DNA from: Mytilus edulis
Taxonomy: Eukaryota
Assembly: GCF_963676685.1 (NCBI RefSeq)
Contig: NC_092345.1
Coordinates: forward strand, 15,686,001-15,750,000
DNA: 64,000 nt
Direction of reading: 5' to 3'
The notes below the pieces were generated by a model that saw only the letters and a list, made by a program, of their open reading frames with translations, searched no databases and was not told the origin of the DNA. This document shows positions 50,740 through 62,569 of the stretch, piece by piece. The stretch's first letter is position 1, and every line of letters begins with the position of its first letter. Both the position numbers and the translations under genes were made by a program.

Positions 50740-53700
50740 CCATTGTGTGTGGTATAAAACATTATACCCGCCGCAACCCGTTGCGTGGGGTATAAAAACA
50801 AGAAAAAAAATTGTCAGATACTCCTGAAAGATTTTTTTTTGTACTTAAGCTGTACTGAAATTATACTTACGGCAACAATGTCTTTATAACTGGTGAGTTT
50901 TGTAAAATGTAATCTATACATAATTTAACTATCCCATTGTCCAGTATCATATCTTTCAATTTGTTTCCATTTTCATTATTCTACAAAGATCAACAACACT
51001 CTATACAAAAACATTTCAGAGTAAGTAGAAATTACAACGAAATAATAAAGTGTGAAAATCATAGAAATTTCATTGATGTCATATAAAGTGAACATCTTTG
51101 GATATTATAATAACATTTGCTTCATAATTTGATTATTTTTTTTAATGCTGGAATGAAAATTTTCCTGTTGACTTTTCCTTCACAAGTTCAAACATTTGAT
51201 GTTACAGAACAAAAAATAAAAATAAGAGATCTCTGTTTTTCCCCCCTAGGATTTTATGTTAAACTGTGTTATATTTAGGAATATGACAATATAGATGGAG
51301 AGGATGAACTCCTTTCACCAAGTTATTCATATGCATGTTTATATAAGATGATGTTGATAGTTGTCTATTGACTCGCTCACACAGACATTTAATTCAAATT
51401 GAATTCGCAAGTCGCGTTCACACACTCTTCTTTTTTTATTCAAATTGATTTGAATTGGCTAATTCGAATTATCTAATTCGCATTAGAAATACGCTTTTGT
51501 GAATACGAATTAAAAGTTAACGTCGTATGGACAGTAAAGCGAATTTGACGCGCATTGTAATTCGAATTAGAATTGACGTTAGGACGTAAAACGTTTCGGA
51601 GGCGAAATAAATTAATCTGAATTAGTTAATGAGAATCGAATTCGAAATTACGTGTGAACTCAGCATTATTGTCATTTTCTGATGTTAAATTGGGTGCTCA
51701 ATATAAAGAATAGAGAATAATGAGCACCAACAAAATAAAAGAAAGACATAAATGGCCTAAAACATAAGTAATCTAGAAATGATAGAATCCAATCCAGACC
51801 CTCATAAGTGATGAATTAATCTGTCAGCATTAAATCAAATAGCATAAAACAGATGTCGTTTGTAGCTAAGTTCCAGAGTTAAAAAAAATAATACTATTGC
51901 AACTATACCTTAGAAAATAAATCCTTTAAAAAAAATGAGATTTGGCCTACACTAAAAGTTTGTGGTGAAAAACAACAAACCTCAATTCCTGCTGCAATGA
52001 CACAGAAACAATCAATATGGACTGACTCATCCTGTGTATGTTCTTCATCATACCTACAAAATAAGTTGTTACAAATAAAGATTATTATCTCTTGCTCTGA
52101 TAAGTGTTATTATTCAGTATTGGTAAATGTATTGTCATCACTAGTTTCTTTTTAACACACAGAAAACAAAATAATGAATGATTATTTTTTTTATCTATGA
52201 AAAATTTAAAGTTCCAATTGAATTATTGTAGAACAATTGAAACTTTTTCCCCGACTGAGTACCTCTTTTTCAGGCTATTCAATTTTTAGCAAATACATGG
52301 CTATTGTATTTATTGATTGAGATAGTTCAACTTCCAAGAATTTAAATACCCTGACCAACACCAACTGATTATCAAGAAGAGTTTGATTTCCTTCACAATA
52401 GTATAACTTAAATTACTATCTACTGTTTTCTGTATGCCCTGGTACACATGTTAGGTATATAATTATTCTCTATTATTGTGGTTTCATTATTCGTTGGATA
52501 CCAATTTTTATGTTTTTTTGGGTACAGGTGAACCACGAAATTAAATGTACAAAGAATAACAAATTTTCTACAGGCTTGCATGAAGTCTTCTGCAAAATCA
52601 AATATCCAGGAAATTTTAAGTTTTCCTTAATCCAAGAAAATTAGAAACCCATGAACATGACATTAAGACCACATACTTAGCAAAGTCCAGATATGGTTTG
52701 AAGTGGTTGATGAGAGCTGTCATCTTTTCCTCGTCACCAAATGCCATGAATGGTATCAATCTCATAAGTTCCTGGAGAATACTGTTGTTAGACCTGACAA
52801 AGGGACTGTTTATTCTGTCTAACAATAACATCAACTGATCTTTATCTCCACACAACTTGGAAAACTCCTGAAAAATATTGTTTATATAATTACATAATTA
52901 TCAAGGAAGATTTTCCATCCTCATAAATTTGTTCCTTATTTTCAAAGGGGGTAAAGAATCAATTACAAGAAAAACAGCAGAAATAGTGAAATTTGAAATC
53001 TGCAAAACAAATTTGCTTTACAGTCTTAATGAATGTTTAATATTGGATGTATGGCTTAACAGCTGTTAACTTTGATGTAATATTTCATCAAAAATATGTC
53101 GTCATTTATTTTTCATATTTTCCAAACCTCTTAAAATCAGCTTTTGGTCATAGACTACATTGTAAAATATATTATCCAAAAATTTCAGACTGAGTAATGA
53201 ACTACAGTGTAAAATATATTACCCTAAACTTTTCAGCAGGTTGATTGCTGGCTTCTAACAGTATAACCTCCATGATCTGTAGAACCTGTTCTGTTATAGT
53301 CTGTCCTTTAGTGGCACTTGTACCACTCTCTTGTTCTGCCCACAAAGCCTATAGAAAAAAACAGTTATATTTAGAACAGAAAATGGTAACTTGGAAGTGT
53401 GTCAAAGAGACAACACCTTGATCAAACAGCAGAAAATATCACATTTGTTCAGTTAAGGGGGTTCGCGGGTCTAAATCATTTATATAGGATTTCTCTATAT
53501 TTTTCTATAAATGAACTTTATCTTATAGTTAATAGAAAATAAAAATCAAAGTGATGGAAATCACTCATGGAAAGATTAGAAGAGTAGTTTGAATTATTTC
53601 ATATTAAGGTATGGTGGGGAAAAATGAACATTAATAAAGCACTATTGCTGAAAATTGCATTAACAGCAGGTCTTTAGAAGAAAACTTTCTTTTCCAGAAT

Positions 53701-56700
53701 GAGGATAAAATGAGCTCAAATTAAATAATATGGGTCTCTTAATTTGCACAATTTTATTCAAACTGCAGTTTATATCTTATCCAAATAATGTTGCCTGTTC
53801 TGAACATGTTTCAAAAATACAAAAAAATGCAAATCAAAAATTCTTCTAGTAAATGTTACCAACTATACTTGTAAGACATAAAATCTAGACCAACAATTAA
53901 GAACTTTAAAGTGTCAACAAAAATAATCTAAAAATGTTGGTTTGGGGCTACAGAGGTTATATGATATTGAAGATTAAAAGTTGTAGAGTGCCTTTTAGTT
54001 AATTTTTTGTAAAAGAACTTTTCAACACAGGGCACTGAAAATGTACTTTTTCAACATAAACAAATTAAAAAACTTATTTATTGAAATGTGGATTCTTTCT
54101 TGATTGCAAAAATATATATTTACTTGCAAAAATATGTATTCACTTCTAATAAAAATTCAAATGACTAAAACAGACATACTGATTGATGGGGAATAACCTA
54201 ATAAACAATGGTTTGCTATAATTAAAACTTGAAAAATTTTAAAACTGTTTCAAGCCAATTCCTGATAAAAAAAAATGTGAACTAATCTAAATTGTTCATT
54301 AATTATAGATGAATATTGGAAATTTATCAAGTAAATTATAGGCCTTACTTGAATACCTTTTATATATATTCATATTTCATTTATTTTAAGAGATCTTGTT
54401 AATCCTTAATTAATCATTGATCTTTCAGATATAATTTACAGAATCACTTTAAGTAATGTAGATCAAAAGTAATAGGCAATAAATAAATCATCCTTATATA
54501 TATCAAACATCTAATATATATACATTTGTGTATTCAATTATGAGGTCAAATATTTGTTTATTGAGAAGTATATTGTACACTGTATATTGCATTGGGTCTG
54601 TATAATTATGTAAGACTTAGGTTGATAGGTAATGTGGTCAATTTGATTGACAGTTTAGGAGGTGGACATTGTAATTTAAGGTCCACCTTGTCTCTGATTG
54701 TTTAGTGGTAATGACAGTTGTCAATCAAACTATTATTGTATCAATACTCAATTACTTAATCAAACTAATTAATAAACAGTCTGCAAATGAAAACACCTTA
54801 ATGACATACATTCTTAAATGAACTGCTCCAATAATAAATCCATTTTTCAGTTTATATGAGTATTATGTGAACATACATGAAAACCATAGGGAACTATATT
54901 TCAGTGTGAATACATTTAGTAACAGTAGCTAACCTGTCGGGTTGATAGGGAGGCCGGTGCCTTAGTAAAGATTTAGAACAAGTTCTAATCTTTCCAATAA
55001 AAAAGTGGGGTCACCGTTCATTTGCGCTCACAATCTGCCTTCGAAAGAAGCATACATTTGTGTAAAGGTGGTTGAAATAATAGGAGAAATATAGGTAATA
55101 TCGAAATAAAAAAAGAAATTTATTACAGAAATCGCTCAAATTTTACAATAATTTAGTTTAAGTACATCTTATATGGAAATTATATTAAAAAATATATGTC
55201 ACCGATGAGTTCAAAAAGATATTTCAATTTTAAAGCCAAAAAAGGGCATTTTTCCACCAAAGGGAGATAATTTAGAACTTTTTCAATGATGTACACATTT
55301 TAAATGTCATCTGGGGCCAACACGAATTGATTGTTTTGAATTATTTTTGTACCATATGATAAAGTAACAACTACAAAAGGTAATAAATAAAATTTGTAGT
55401 GAAAAACAAATGTTTAATTTTTTCTGAAATTTTTATACCCTCGAGCCTCCTTAAGTATGCTTTCTAAAGTTAATATTTTTTTGATAATAGGAGCTATAAA
55501 AGCAGATCACGAAGGAACAAATATATAATTTACTATGTGTACCTGATGAAATATAGTTTTTTCTCACATTTCCCTTAACCAATATCCCTTTGCACAGCTC
55601 TTATAATTCCCATAACACATGGAAATGTTTTTTTTACTCTTTGTTATTTTAGTTCATCTTGAAATTATCACTATGTTGCCAACCTAACATTCATAATTTT
55701 GAAACAAACTGGAAGAAGAAAATAATTTCATTTTTTATTTTTACATAAATTTTCAAATAATTGTTTTCAATGTTTTTCAAGCGATCAACTTTTAAAGATA
55801 TCTTACCAAGTTGAGTGCACCAAGCATAACAGTCAGTGTATTCATCTCAGGTCTTAGCAGCTCTAGTCTATTGGCTTTAACATTGACAGCATAACTGAAC
55901 AACTTCAACAGAACAGTCATCAATTGTTTACCAAGAACAAGATCTTTGATGGAAGCAAGTCTGAAAAAAATCACAAATTATCAATAATTAAAACGATTAT
56001 CAACATAATTTTACCAATTGAAACTAAAATTTGATTTTAAATATCAGTTTAGCAAAAAAATACACCTTATCGCTAATTGTCCACCATTACTGGATTTCAC
56101 ACAGGTTCCCGTAAAACTATGACGTCATAAAACAAAATAGCTGACGCCACAATGAAAAAGTGATTGTTGTATGCGTCAAAAGTTCAAGCGGCCGGGTCAG
56201 CCGGGATTAGCGATAAGGTGTATTGATACGGTAGACTCTTTGAAATTTTATTATCAATTTACTTTGTATTTGTATTTTAAATTTCTGTCATTTTTTAGGG
56301 TTTTTGGTTTGAAAATTGCAAGGTAAAATTCCCAATCACAGCAACATACAGAGATTGCAATACTTCTCACTTATTTGTGTTGGTTAAATGTTTTCATGAG
56401 GTTTTTTTTATGTAAAAAGTAAGATACTTTGAGCAAATGAAGAACCCTGAAATTAAGTATCCTCAAAATAGCTGTTTTTTCTCTGAAAACAGAAAACAGA
56501 ATGTAACAGTTTTATATATAACTTAGTCTCTGAAACAGTCAAGTCTAATATCAGTATGTTATATACCTCTCCAGCATAACTCTGAGGCCATCACCTTCAT
56601 TTAAGACACTACCCATCTTGTAAACCTCCTCTTTGTCAACATCTTCCTCTGTAAAATTGATAAGGTTTTATTTTTTAGATTTGCTTTTTTAATGCAAATT

Positions 56701-59700
56701 AATAGAACTATTACATAACACAATCAATTTTTCAACCACTATAAACTATTAATGTTTTTTTAACAATATAACTATGAAATGAGAAGTCAGATACATATAA
56801 GTTCTACATATGCACACTAACAACAAGGATGTCACATGTGGAGCAGGATCTGCTCACCAATCCAGAGAAGATGAGATCACCACCTCTTATTGGTGGGGTT
56901 TGCTTTGCACAGTCTTTAGTTTTCTATGTTATGTTTTGCATGCTGCTGATTTTTTTATTTGTTTTAGTTATTTTGCCATGGCATTGTATGTTTGTTTTTA
57001 ATAAATGAGTTGGAATATCCCTTTTGTACTCTCTTTTGTAAGTTTGAAAAATTTATTTTAAATTACCAAGATCCTTTAAAGAACTTTGTACTTCTGTTTT
57101 TTTTTCAGTGACTATGTGTTCAGATATGGTACAAACTTCTTTACTATTATCAATTACTGTTAAGAAACTATTGTGTGACATTTATTATTGCGATTTTGTC
57201 AATTTAAGACTAAAATGCAATTCTAATCTTTGCGATACTGAAAAAAAAATCCTATTTTTAAAAATTCATATAAAATAATTTTCAAATTTTCAAATAATTG
57301 CAATTATAACTCTGTTGCATTTTTCACAATGGTAAAAACATCGCAATAATTTCTGAATTTCTAGTATTATCAAATACATGCTATTGCAATGAACTTACCC
57401 GTTTTAGAATCAAGGGAGTTAACCATGTCCTCTGTAGCATCCCCTAGTAGGCCTCTCATTCTGTAGATTACAGGCATTGGTTCACCCTATAAAAATAATA
57501 TAAAGCCATTTCTATACATGAGAAATTGAAATTGTCATAGGACAACTTTAAAAAAAAAATTACAAAATTTTTCTTATGATGAATTATTATATTAAAAGTT
57601 TCCCTTTATTCAAACAGTTCAAAACCGACTTGTTTACATCTTTTAAAGGAATTGCTCAAAAATCACAAAAAAAAGGACTACTTTGCTGTCGAATCTTAGA
57701 GATTGAGTTGATAAGAGATTATAAAAAAATTCATTGTGGTAGCTGAAACATGCCTTTGGGATTGAGATTTCATTGCTGTATTGAAGACCCATTGGTGGCC
57801 TTGGCAGTTTTCTGCTCTTTGGTCTAGTTGCTGTCTCTTTAACACATTCTGTTTACATTCTTTATTTATTTGCATGAAATTTGAAGATAAGACAAGCCTC
57901 CAGTGATAATCAAATATGTTAAAAGTATCAGGTGCAATTTTTTGTATAGTTTTACCTCTCCATGTTCTGGAGCCCAGACTTTCTTATACACCTCTTTCAC
58001 AGGTAGGTCAAGGCTGATAATTTTCTTGTTCACCAACAACTGTAAATAAATGTTCATGAAATCATTTGTAAATTTATAATTTCAAACAATAAATTAAATT
58101 TTATAGCAAAGGATTGAGAACAATTTACTTTTATAGCCTGTCAAATTAATTAGTTTAAAAATATTTTTTTCTTTTTTTGTGTAAATTTAAAAGTAATACA
58201 GTATAAAACATTGAATTAATGTAACATCAAAATCATTCATATTTGTACTAATTTTCTGATTGCTGAATTTACGATCTAAAACAGCTTTAAGTAATAAATC
58301 ATCTGGCTTAATTCAAGTAACAATACTATATTTAAGGTGTGGGAGGGGTGTGGAAATATCTGGTAACTTACCTCCATTCCATTATCATCTTCAAGGAGAG
58401 CAACCAGTTCACAATCTGTAATTAATGAAATAAAGAATGGAAATGGGGAATACTGTAACACTGCCTCTCGGGTGCTAGAGTCGGACACCAGAGAACACAA
58501 TGAACATAAAGTAAAGGGATCTTTTTATTGTGTGTATGTATATTAGGATAAAATATTAGGGTCGACGTCTAGTTGGTTTACCGTCGACCAAAACACTCTA
58601 CCGATATTGATTTTATATTTGTTTTGTTATTACTGTATATTTACTAAATATTCGTGAAATAAAATACATGAAATAGAACAGTTTAGATGCTTTATTATTA
58701 TTTATAAAAATGCTGGACTGGTAGTGGTACAGCTCTGTTCCTGGCCTAGTCCGGTTCCTAGTATGGTTGGTCTTATCTATAACTAACCTAAACAGAGACT
58801 TTACTCTGTCACTATCTAAATATTATTAAACTACCAATGTGTAGCGCTAAACTCGATCACATTAAAGTGAATCAACCAGATTCACTAATCCACAGTTTAT
58901 AATAAGTCTCAATTCCTTAAGACATAATAAATACAATCAACAATCAACAATTCTTTATAGGTAATCACAAAATCGTTCCTACCATAAAGCTTCCGTAATA
59001 AATATTAAATACTTGACTTTCTTAAAGTTCGTCACCTAGGAATTTCACCTAACAAAACAAGTTGCACAAAACTATATATTTATTTGCACCAAGCAATATT
59101 TACACCAAGGATTTTCACCTAAAACATTATTTGCTCCAAGCAATATATTTACACCCAGGAATTACACCTAAACCATCAATTGCACCAATAAATATTTGCA
59201 CCAAGGATTTGCTCCCATTTGGCACCTAAAGTTTGCACCAATAAATATTTGCACCAAGGATTTGCTCCCAATTTGGCACCTAAAGTTTGCACCAATAAAT
59301 ATTTGCACCAAGGATTTGCTCCCAATTTGGCACCCTTAGCACCGTCACCGGCACCCTAAGCACCGTCACCGACAAGCCTTAGCACCAGCACCGACAACCT
59401 TAAACTAAAACAAAGGCAACGTTCAATGCTTGTCTGTATTTCTCAGACATATTCCAGCTTTTATTTAAGTTTGTCACTACCCATTCTTGTCAACCAAACA
59501 CTCCGTCGTTTCTGTTGTTGTTTTGGTATTTATACTTTCGACTGACCAATGACAGAGCTTGTTACATATTGTTTACCAATCGGCAACCATGGATCATATT
59601 AGGGAAACTCCCGTAATGTTGATACTGTTTGTAAACAACGATTGATCTTCATCAATAAAGATGGGTCTCGACTTTAAATTTATTAGTAGATCATTAGAAC

Positions 59701-62534
59701 AGTTTTATTTGAGTTTATTGTATAATAAGGTAACTACCGCGAAAATACGGAATCAGTACGTGAACTAAAAATTCTTAACAAACTAACATATACAAATCTG
59801 TCGTATCATGAAAACAGCCAAAATAACAATGACAAGTTTTACACTACTTGTAACATTAGACATCTCACTAACATCTATTGTTTTATCCTCAATAATTTCG
59901 AGAAACTATACAGACATAGGTTTACTATAAAAAGGGGGGAATGTCGGCATTACAATACAGTAATAAATTCATTACAACCTTCTTTGAATTTGAATTTTCT
60001 CCTTCTAACATTATTAATACAGCATTTGTGTAATAAAATCATACATGTATATTTCCTCTTTTCAAAGCTTTATCTTCTACACTGAAATATACATGCACCT
60101 TTCAACAAAATAAAGCTAAACTTATAAACTCAGACTTTTTCAAGAACATACCTTGACAAATTTTGTTCTTGACATCTCTCATAAGAGGCCCCAGACCTGG
60201 CTCATTACAGCTGTATGGATTACCCAGCATCCTTCCCTGCAGGAAGTCTTCTTGTTGTGGGTCCTTCTCAAGTATAAGAAGAAATTCTTCTACATCGTTT
60301 TCCTCCTGAAAGAAAATTAGAATAAATCAAAAGAAAGACTATTGTTCAATTCACAAGTTGGAATACCAAATTCTAAATCTAAAAGATGTCCATTTTGATT
60401 GAATAGATTTTGATACCAATTCCACAGCTGACATTCACATTGACAACATTGTGCAGTTGTTATAGACATTTGCATATTTACATTTTTTATTTCTAAACAA
60501 TTTATGAGAATAACTTTAGAATAGGGATATAAATTATGTTATCAAGTAGTTGCTACCTGTAAATAGAACAATTGATGAGGGCAAATATTGCATCTATTCA
60601 CTGTTTTCTTTTGAAATGCTATTAAAACTGCATTTGCATCAATCAAATTCCTAACTGATCTTGGTAACTGGTTATATTAAATGCCAAGTAAAAAGTATGA
60701 TTTTTGAAACTGAAAATCATAATTCATTATGTTGTTCATAGAACTTGTTGTACAGGTAAGGGACGACATCAAAAGTTCAATGAAGGATAAACCCCCCCCC
60801 TCTTAACTTAATTTGGGAAAAATTGATTGACCCATATAGATATATGTAAAAATCAATGTCAGATAACCACATCTTGCAGCAGTTCAACCCCCCACCCCCA
60901 AACTATTTGAATTAAGTTTTTTTTATCTTACATTGATCTTTTGATGTCGTCCCTAAAATAAAGAACATTGATATTTAAACAGTTGGTTCTAATCTGTTAT
61001 ATCTTTTAACTTACAGGGAAAATAATACTACAGAGCCTCTCAAAGATGAAGACTGGAGATCTGTAATCATCACAAGGATATTTCTTCACTGTCTTTACAC
61101 AGACCTGCATAAACTCCTTAGTCTCTGACTCTGTACCTGTTTAATATAATGACAACAGTCAGACACACACATTTAACAGTATTATTTAATGACAGAGCTT
61201 TATCAAAATTATGGCATCATCACTCTAACAATGCCTATATCAAGTATTCATTTCAAATTTTACCTGTATTAAATTGGTTGGTTAAAAATATTTTAAAATT
61301 AAAGAAACTTAGAAACACTCACATACCCCACGTCCCCTCATTGTCACTGGACAAATAAAATAAAATTGAATCATAATTACCTGCCTATATGCACATCTGC
61401 ATAAAAGGTTTCATGAAATTCTGTAGTGAGGTTTCAGAGGAGTTGCAATTACAAACTGTTGTGGGGTATAATAAAGTATAGAATAGTATATGTTTTTCCA
61501 TTATAAATTAATTGATTGATTGACTGTTTGTTGTTTAACGCAACTTTCGGCACTATTGGCTTTTTTTGTGGTGGTCATTTGTTAATGGTAGAAGAGGCCA
61601 TTAAGCACAGAGAGAACGACCTTTGGCAGTAAAACTGATGATCCTAGTCAATTAAGATTGGAGTCAAACGACCCTGACATGTGTGGCATTAAATCCCACA
61701 ATTTCAGTGTTAACTGGCCAGTGATACAGGATTTTGGACTTCTTAGACCCCATTACTGTTTTATATACAGTGTAACCTGCCTTATCCTACACCCCTGAGT
61801 ATTCCAACAACCTGCTTTTCAGGTCCTCCAGTGTGTCTGATAACACAGGTTACACTGTAAAATATAGGATATACTAACCACTTGTGAGTTCCTCCAGTAA
61901 CTCTAACAGTTTATCCTGTGTATCATCAATTAGTTTAGTTCTTTGTACCACTAGTTTCCTTAGCGACAGGTAGCCATTCAGAACATATCCCACCAGTTTG
62001 TTCTTGTAGTGCTGTTTAAGGACATCTTGTTCTACAATCTGAGCTAATAACTCTGAAATACAAATAAACAACTAATATTTAGTAACTCCCAATATGTGAC
62101 TAATACACTTCTTACAAATCTCATTTGTGATGTCAGCAAACCATTACCCATTCTTTTACAAAGTCTTTTCTCATATTTAAATATTTTGCTTTGTTTACTG
62201 TATAGATAAAATAATATTAGCAAGGTTCAAATTTCATTCCAATAATGGCTCTAAATATCTCTAATTATTTGTTAATTGCTTAAGTGTTCAATAAAATACA
62301 AATTTCCTAAAGGCTAAAATGTAGAACAAGGTAAAACCATGAATCAAGTATTAACAAAAACAATCCATGAAATTGGTGCCAAACAAAAATAAGGGAATAA
62401 CAGTTCTTGGTTACTCTAAGAATAAACTTTTTAATGTTATTAAGCAACTCACCAGTAAGAGACTTGAGAGCAAATCCTTGTGCTAGGTCGGAGCTTAGGG
62501 TTGTTTCTTCTAAATGTTGTAATAACTCTACTTC
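34979..62534 (-). CDS. UBR4: E3/E4 ubiquitin ligase UBR4 (p600), 3' portion: 25 coding exons, about 974 C-terminal aa; 5' part outside window
   Basis: Spliced translation matches remembered metazoan UBR4 motifs ([62 protein letters not shown]-terminal GLLSDI...MP*). All 24 introns are GT-AG with consistent phases; exons total 2,925 nt. Confidence 0.97.
36224..36383 (-). CDS. UBR4: UBR4 exon ([22 protein letters not shown]...VMDVL)
   Basis: tttacag / gtaagt, 160 nt. Confidence 0.95.
41427..41520 (-). CDS. UBR4: UBR4 exon ([31 protein letters not shown])
   Basis: ttccacag / gtaaga, 94 nt. Confidence 0.94.
41541..42809. repeat. 30-bp minisatellite, about 42 copies, intronic
   Basis: Unit atcatttacaatttgatagtgtaggataat. 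Confidence 0.97.
43351..43490 (-). CDS. UBR4: UBR4 exon ([16 protein letters not shown]...LLVLAQAR...QPS)
   Basis: ttacag / gttagt, 140 nt. Confidence 0.94.
43885..43969 (-). CDS. UBR4: UBR4 exon ([28 protein letters not shown])
   Basis: ttatag / gtaaat, 85 nt. Confidence 0.95.
44783..44977 (-). CDS. UBR4: UBR4 exon ([10 protein letters not shown]...[11 protein letters not shown]...LYVINT)
   Basis: tttcag / gtaagt, 195 nt. Confidence 0.95.
45048..45869 (+). mobile_element. Internally deleted hAT transposon (7-bp TSD, hATw-like) in a UBR4 intron
   Basis: TIR CATACCTGTCAAC...GTTGACAGGTATG, flanking AACATAA duplication, frameshifted hAT C-terminal dimerisation fragment ([20 protein letters not shown]) at about 45290-45686. 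Confidence 0.85.
45976..46101 (-). CDS. UBR4: UBR4 exon ([29 protein letters not shown]...CLAR)
   Basis: ttacag / gtaaga, 126 nt. Confidence 0.96.
46118..46310. repeat. 49-bp tandem repeat, about 4 copies, intronic
   Basis: Unit catatcattacaagatagtattctgttttagaatgccttttaaaaaata. Confidence 0.93.
46608..47125. mobile_element. HINE-type element, partially dimeric
   Basis: aacaagaatgtgtcc start, (GACG)n, 3' hairpin atgcccctctactatcgtaggtggggcat; same family as 19903-20220. Confidence 0.75.
47279..47412 (-). CDS. UBR4: UBR4 exon ([11 protein letters not shown]...[21 protein letters not shown]; hemiRING second half)
   Basis: ttacag / gtgagc, 134 nt. Confidence 0.96.
47891..48013 (-). CDS. UBR4: UBR4 exon (TNDKGQV...[17 protein letters not shown]; hemiRING first half)
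   Basis: ttttag / gtatgt, 123 nt. Confidence 0.96.
48328..48417 (-). CDS. UBR4: UBR4 exon ([30 protein letters not shown])
   Basis: catag / gtaggt, 90 nt. Confidence 0.95.
48470..49021. repeat. Interspersed repeat (aaaattgagaatggaaatggggaatgtgtcaaagagacaac family)
   Basis: Fragments also at about 19270-19345(-), 53380-53430, 57770-57865(-), 58430-58450. Confidence 0.65.
49285..49413 (-). CDS. UBR4: UBR4 exon (LVVGSEL...[24 protein letters not shown]...EK)
   Basis: ttttag / gttagt, 129 nt. Confidence 0.95.
49815..49914 (-). CDS. UBR4: UBR4 exon ([33 protein letters not shown])
   Basis: ttacag / gttagt, 100 nt. Confidence 0.94.
50150..50797. mobile_element. HINE-type element with internal repeats of about 168 bp and a duplicated 3' hairpin
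   Basis: About 3 units, gactgacggacg microsatellite, two tataccc...ggtata hairpins; deleted copy at about 61300-61472. Confidence 0.72.
50871..50980 (-). CDS. UBR4: UBR4 exon ([18 protein letters not shown]...KTLLP)
   Basis: tttgtag / gtaagt, 110 nt. Confidence 0.93.
51370..51664. mobile_element. MITE with internal attcgaatt repeats
   Basis: Imperfect TIR gactcgctcacac / gtgtgaactcagc; CpG-rich relative to the flanks. Confidence 0.5.
51981..52053 (-). CDS. UBR4: UBR4 exon ([24 protein letters not shown])
   Basis: tttgtag / gtttg, 73 nt. Confidence 0.94.
52677..52867 (-). CDS. UBR4: UBR4 exon ([27 protein letters not shown]...KPYLDFAK)
   Basis: ttcag / gtatgt, 191 nt. Confidence 0.95.
53223..53348 (-). 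CDS. UBR4: UBR4 exon (ALWAEQES...[22 protein letters not shown])
   Basis: ctatag / gtaat, 126 nt. Confidence 0.93.
53457..55450. mobile_element. TTAA-flanked Kolobok-like non-autonomous element with a nested insertion
   Basis: TTAA TSDs; imperfect TIR gggggttcgcgggtctaaa / tttataccctcgagcctcc. Confidence 0.7.
53568..54996. mobile_element. Nested inverted-repeat element
   Basis: 14-bp IR tggaaagattagaa / ttctaatctttcca inside the Kolobok-like element. Confidence 0.5.
55807..55960 (-). CDS. UBR4: UBR4 exon (LASIKDL...VMLGALNL)
   Basis: tttcag / gtaaga, 154 nt. Confidence 0.95.
56059..56224. mobile_element. Short MITE
   Basis: Perfect 19-bp IR aatacaccttatcgctaat / attagcgataaggtgtatt. Confidence 0.7.
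56567..56648 (-). CDS. UBR4: UBR4 exon ([16 protein letters not shown]...VMLER)
   Basis: tttacag / gtatat, 82 nt. Confidence 0.93.
57399..57486 (-). CDS. UBR4: UBR4 exon ([29 protein letters not shown])
   Basis: atag / gtaagt, 88 nt. Confidence 0.95.
57956..58039 (-). CDS. UBR4: UBR4 exon ([28 protein letters not shown])
   Basis: tttacag / gtaaa, 84 nt. Confidence 0.95.
58372..58415 (-). CDS. UBR4: UBR4 exon ([15 protein letters not shown])
   Basis: tacag / gtaagt, 44 nt. Confidence 0.94.
58454..59954. mobile_element. Probable solo LTR (Gypsy-like), 1.5 kb, in a UBR4 intron
   Basis: TGTAA...TTACA termini, 4-bp ATAC TSD (58450-58453 / 59955-59958), internal tandem repeats at about 59030-59400, no coding sequence. 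Confidence 0.72.
60152..60305 (-). CDS. UBR4: UBR4 exon (EENDVEEF...[19 protein letters not shown]...KNKICQ)
   Basis: ttcag / gtatg, 154 nt. Confidence 0.96.
60760..60953. mobile_element. PIF/Harbinger-like MITE
   Basis: TAA TSDs, TIR gggacgacatcaaaag / cttttgatgtcgtccc. Confidence 0.75.
61015..61136 (-). CDS. UBR4: UBR4 exon (TESETKEFM...[12 protein letters not shown])
   Basis: acag / gtaagt, 122 nt. Confidence 0.95.
61768..61857. mobile_element. Tc1/mariner-like mini-MITE
   Basis: TA|cagtgtaacctg...caggttacactg|TA. Confidence 0.65.
61879..62052 (-). CDS. UBR4: UBR4 exon (ELLAQIVEQ...LLEELTS)
   Basis: tttcag / gttagt, 174 nt, [19 protein letters not shown] motif. Confidence 0.95.
62453..62534 (-). 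CDS. UBR4: UBR4 exon ([27 protein letters not shown])
   Basis: ttcag acceptor, gtgag donor, 82 nt. Confidence 0.93.
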
Positions 62535-62569
62535 CTGAAACACATGGCAATCAGTGTTATGTCATAAAA

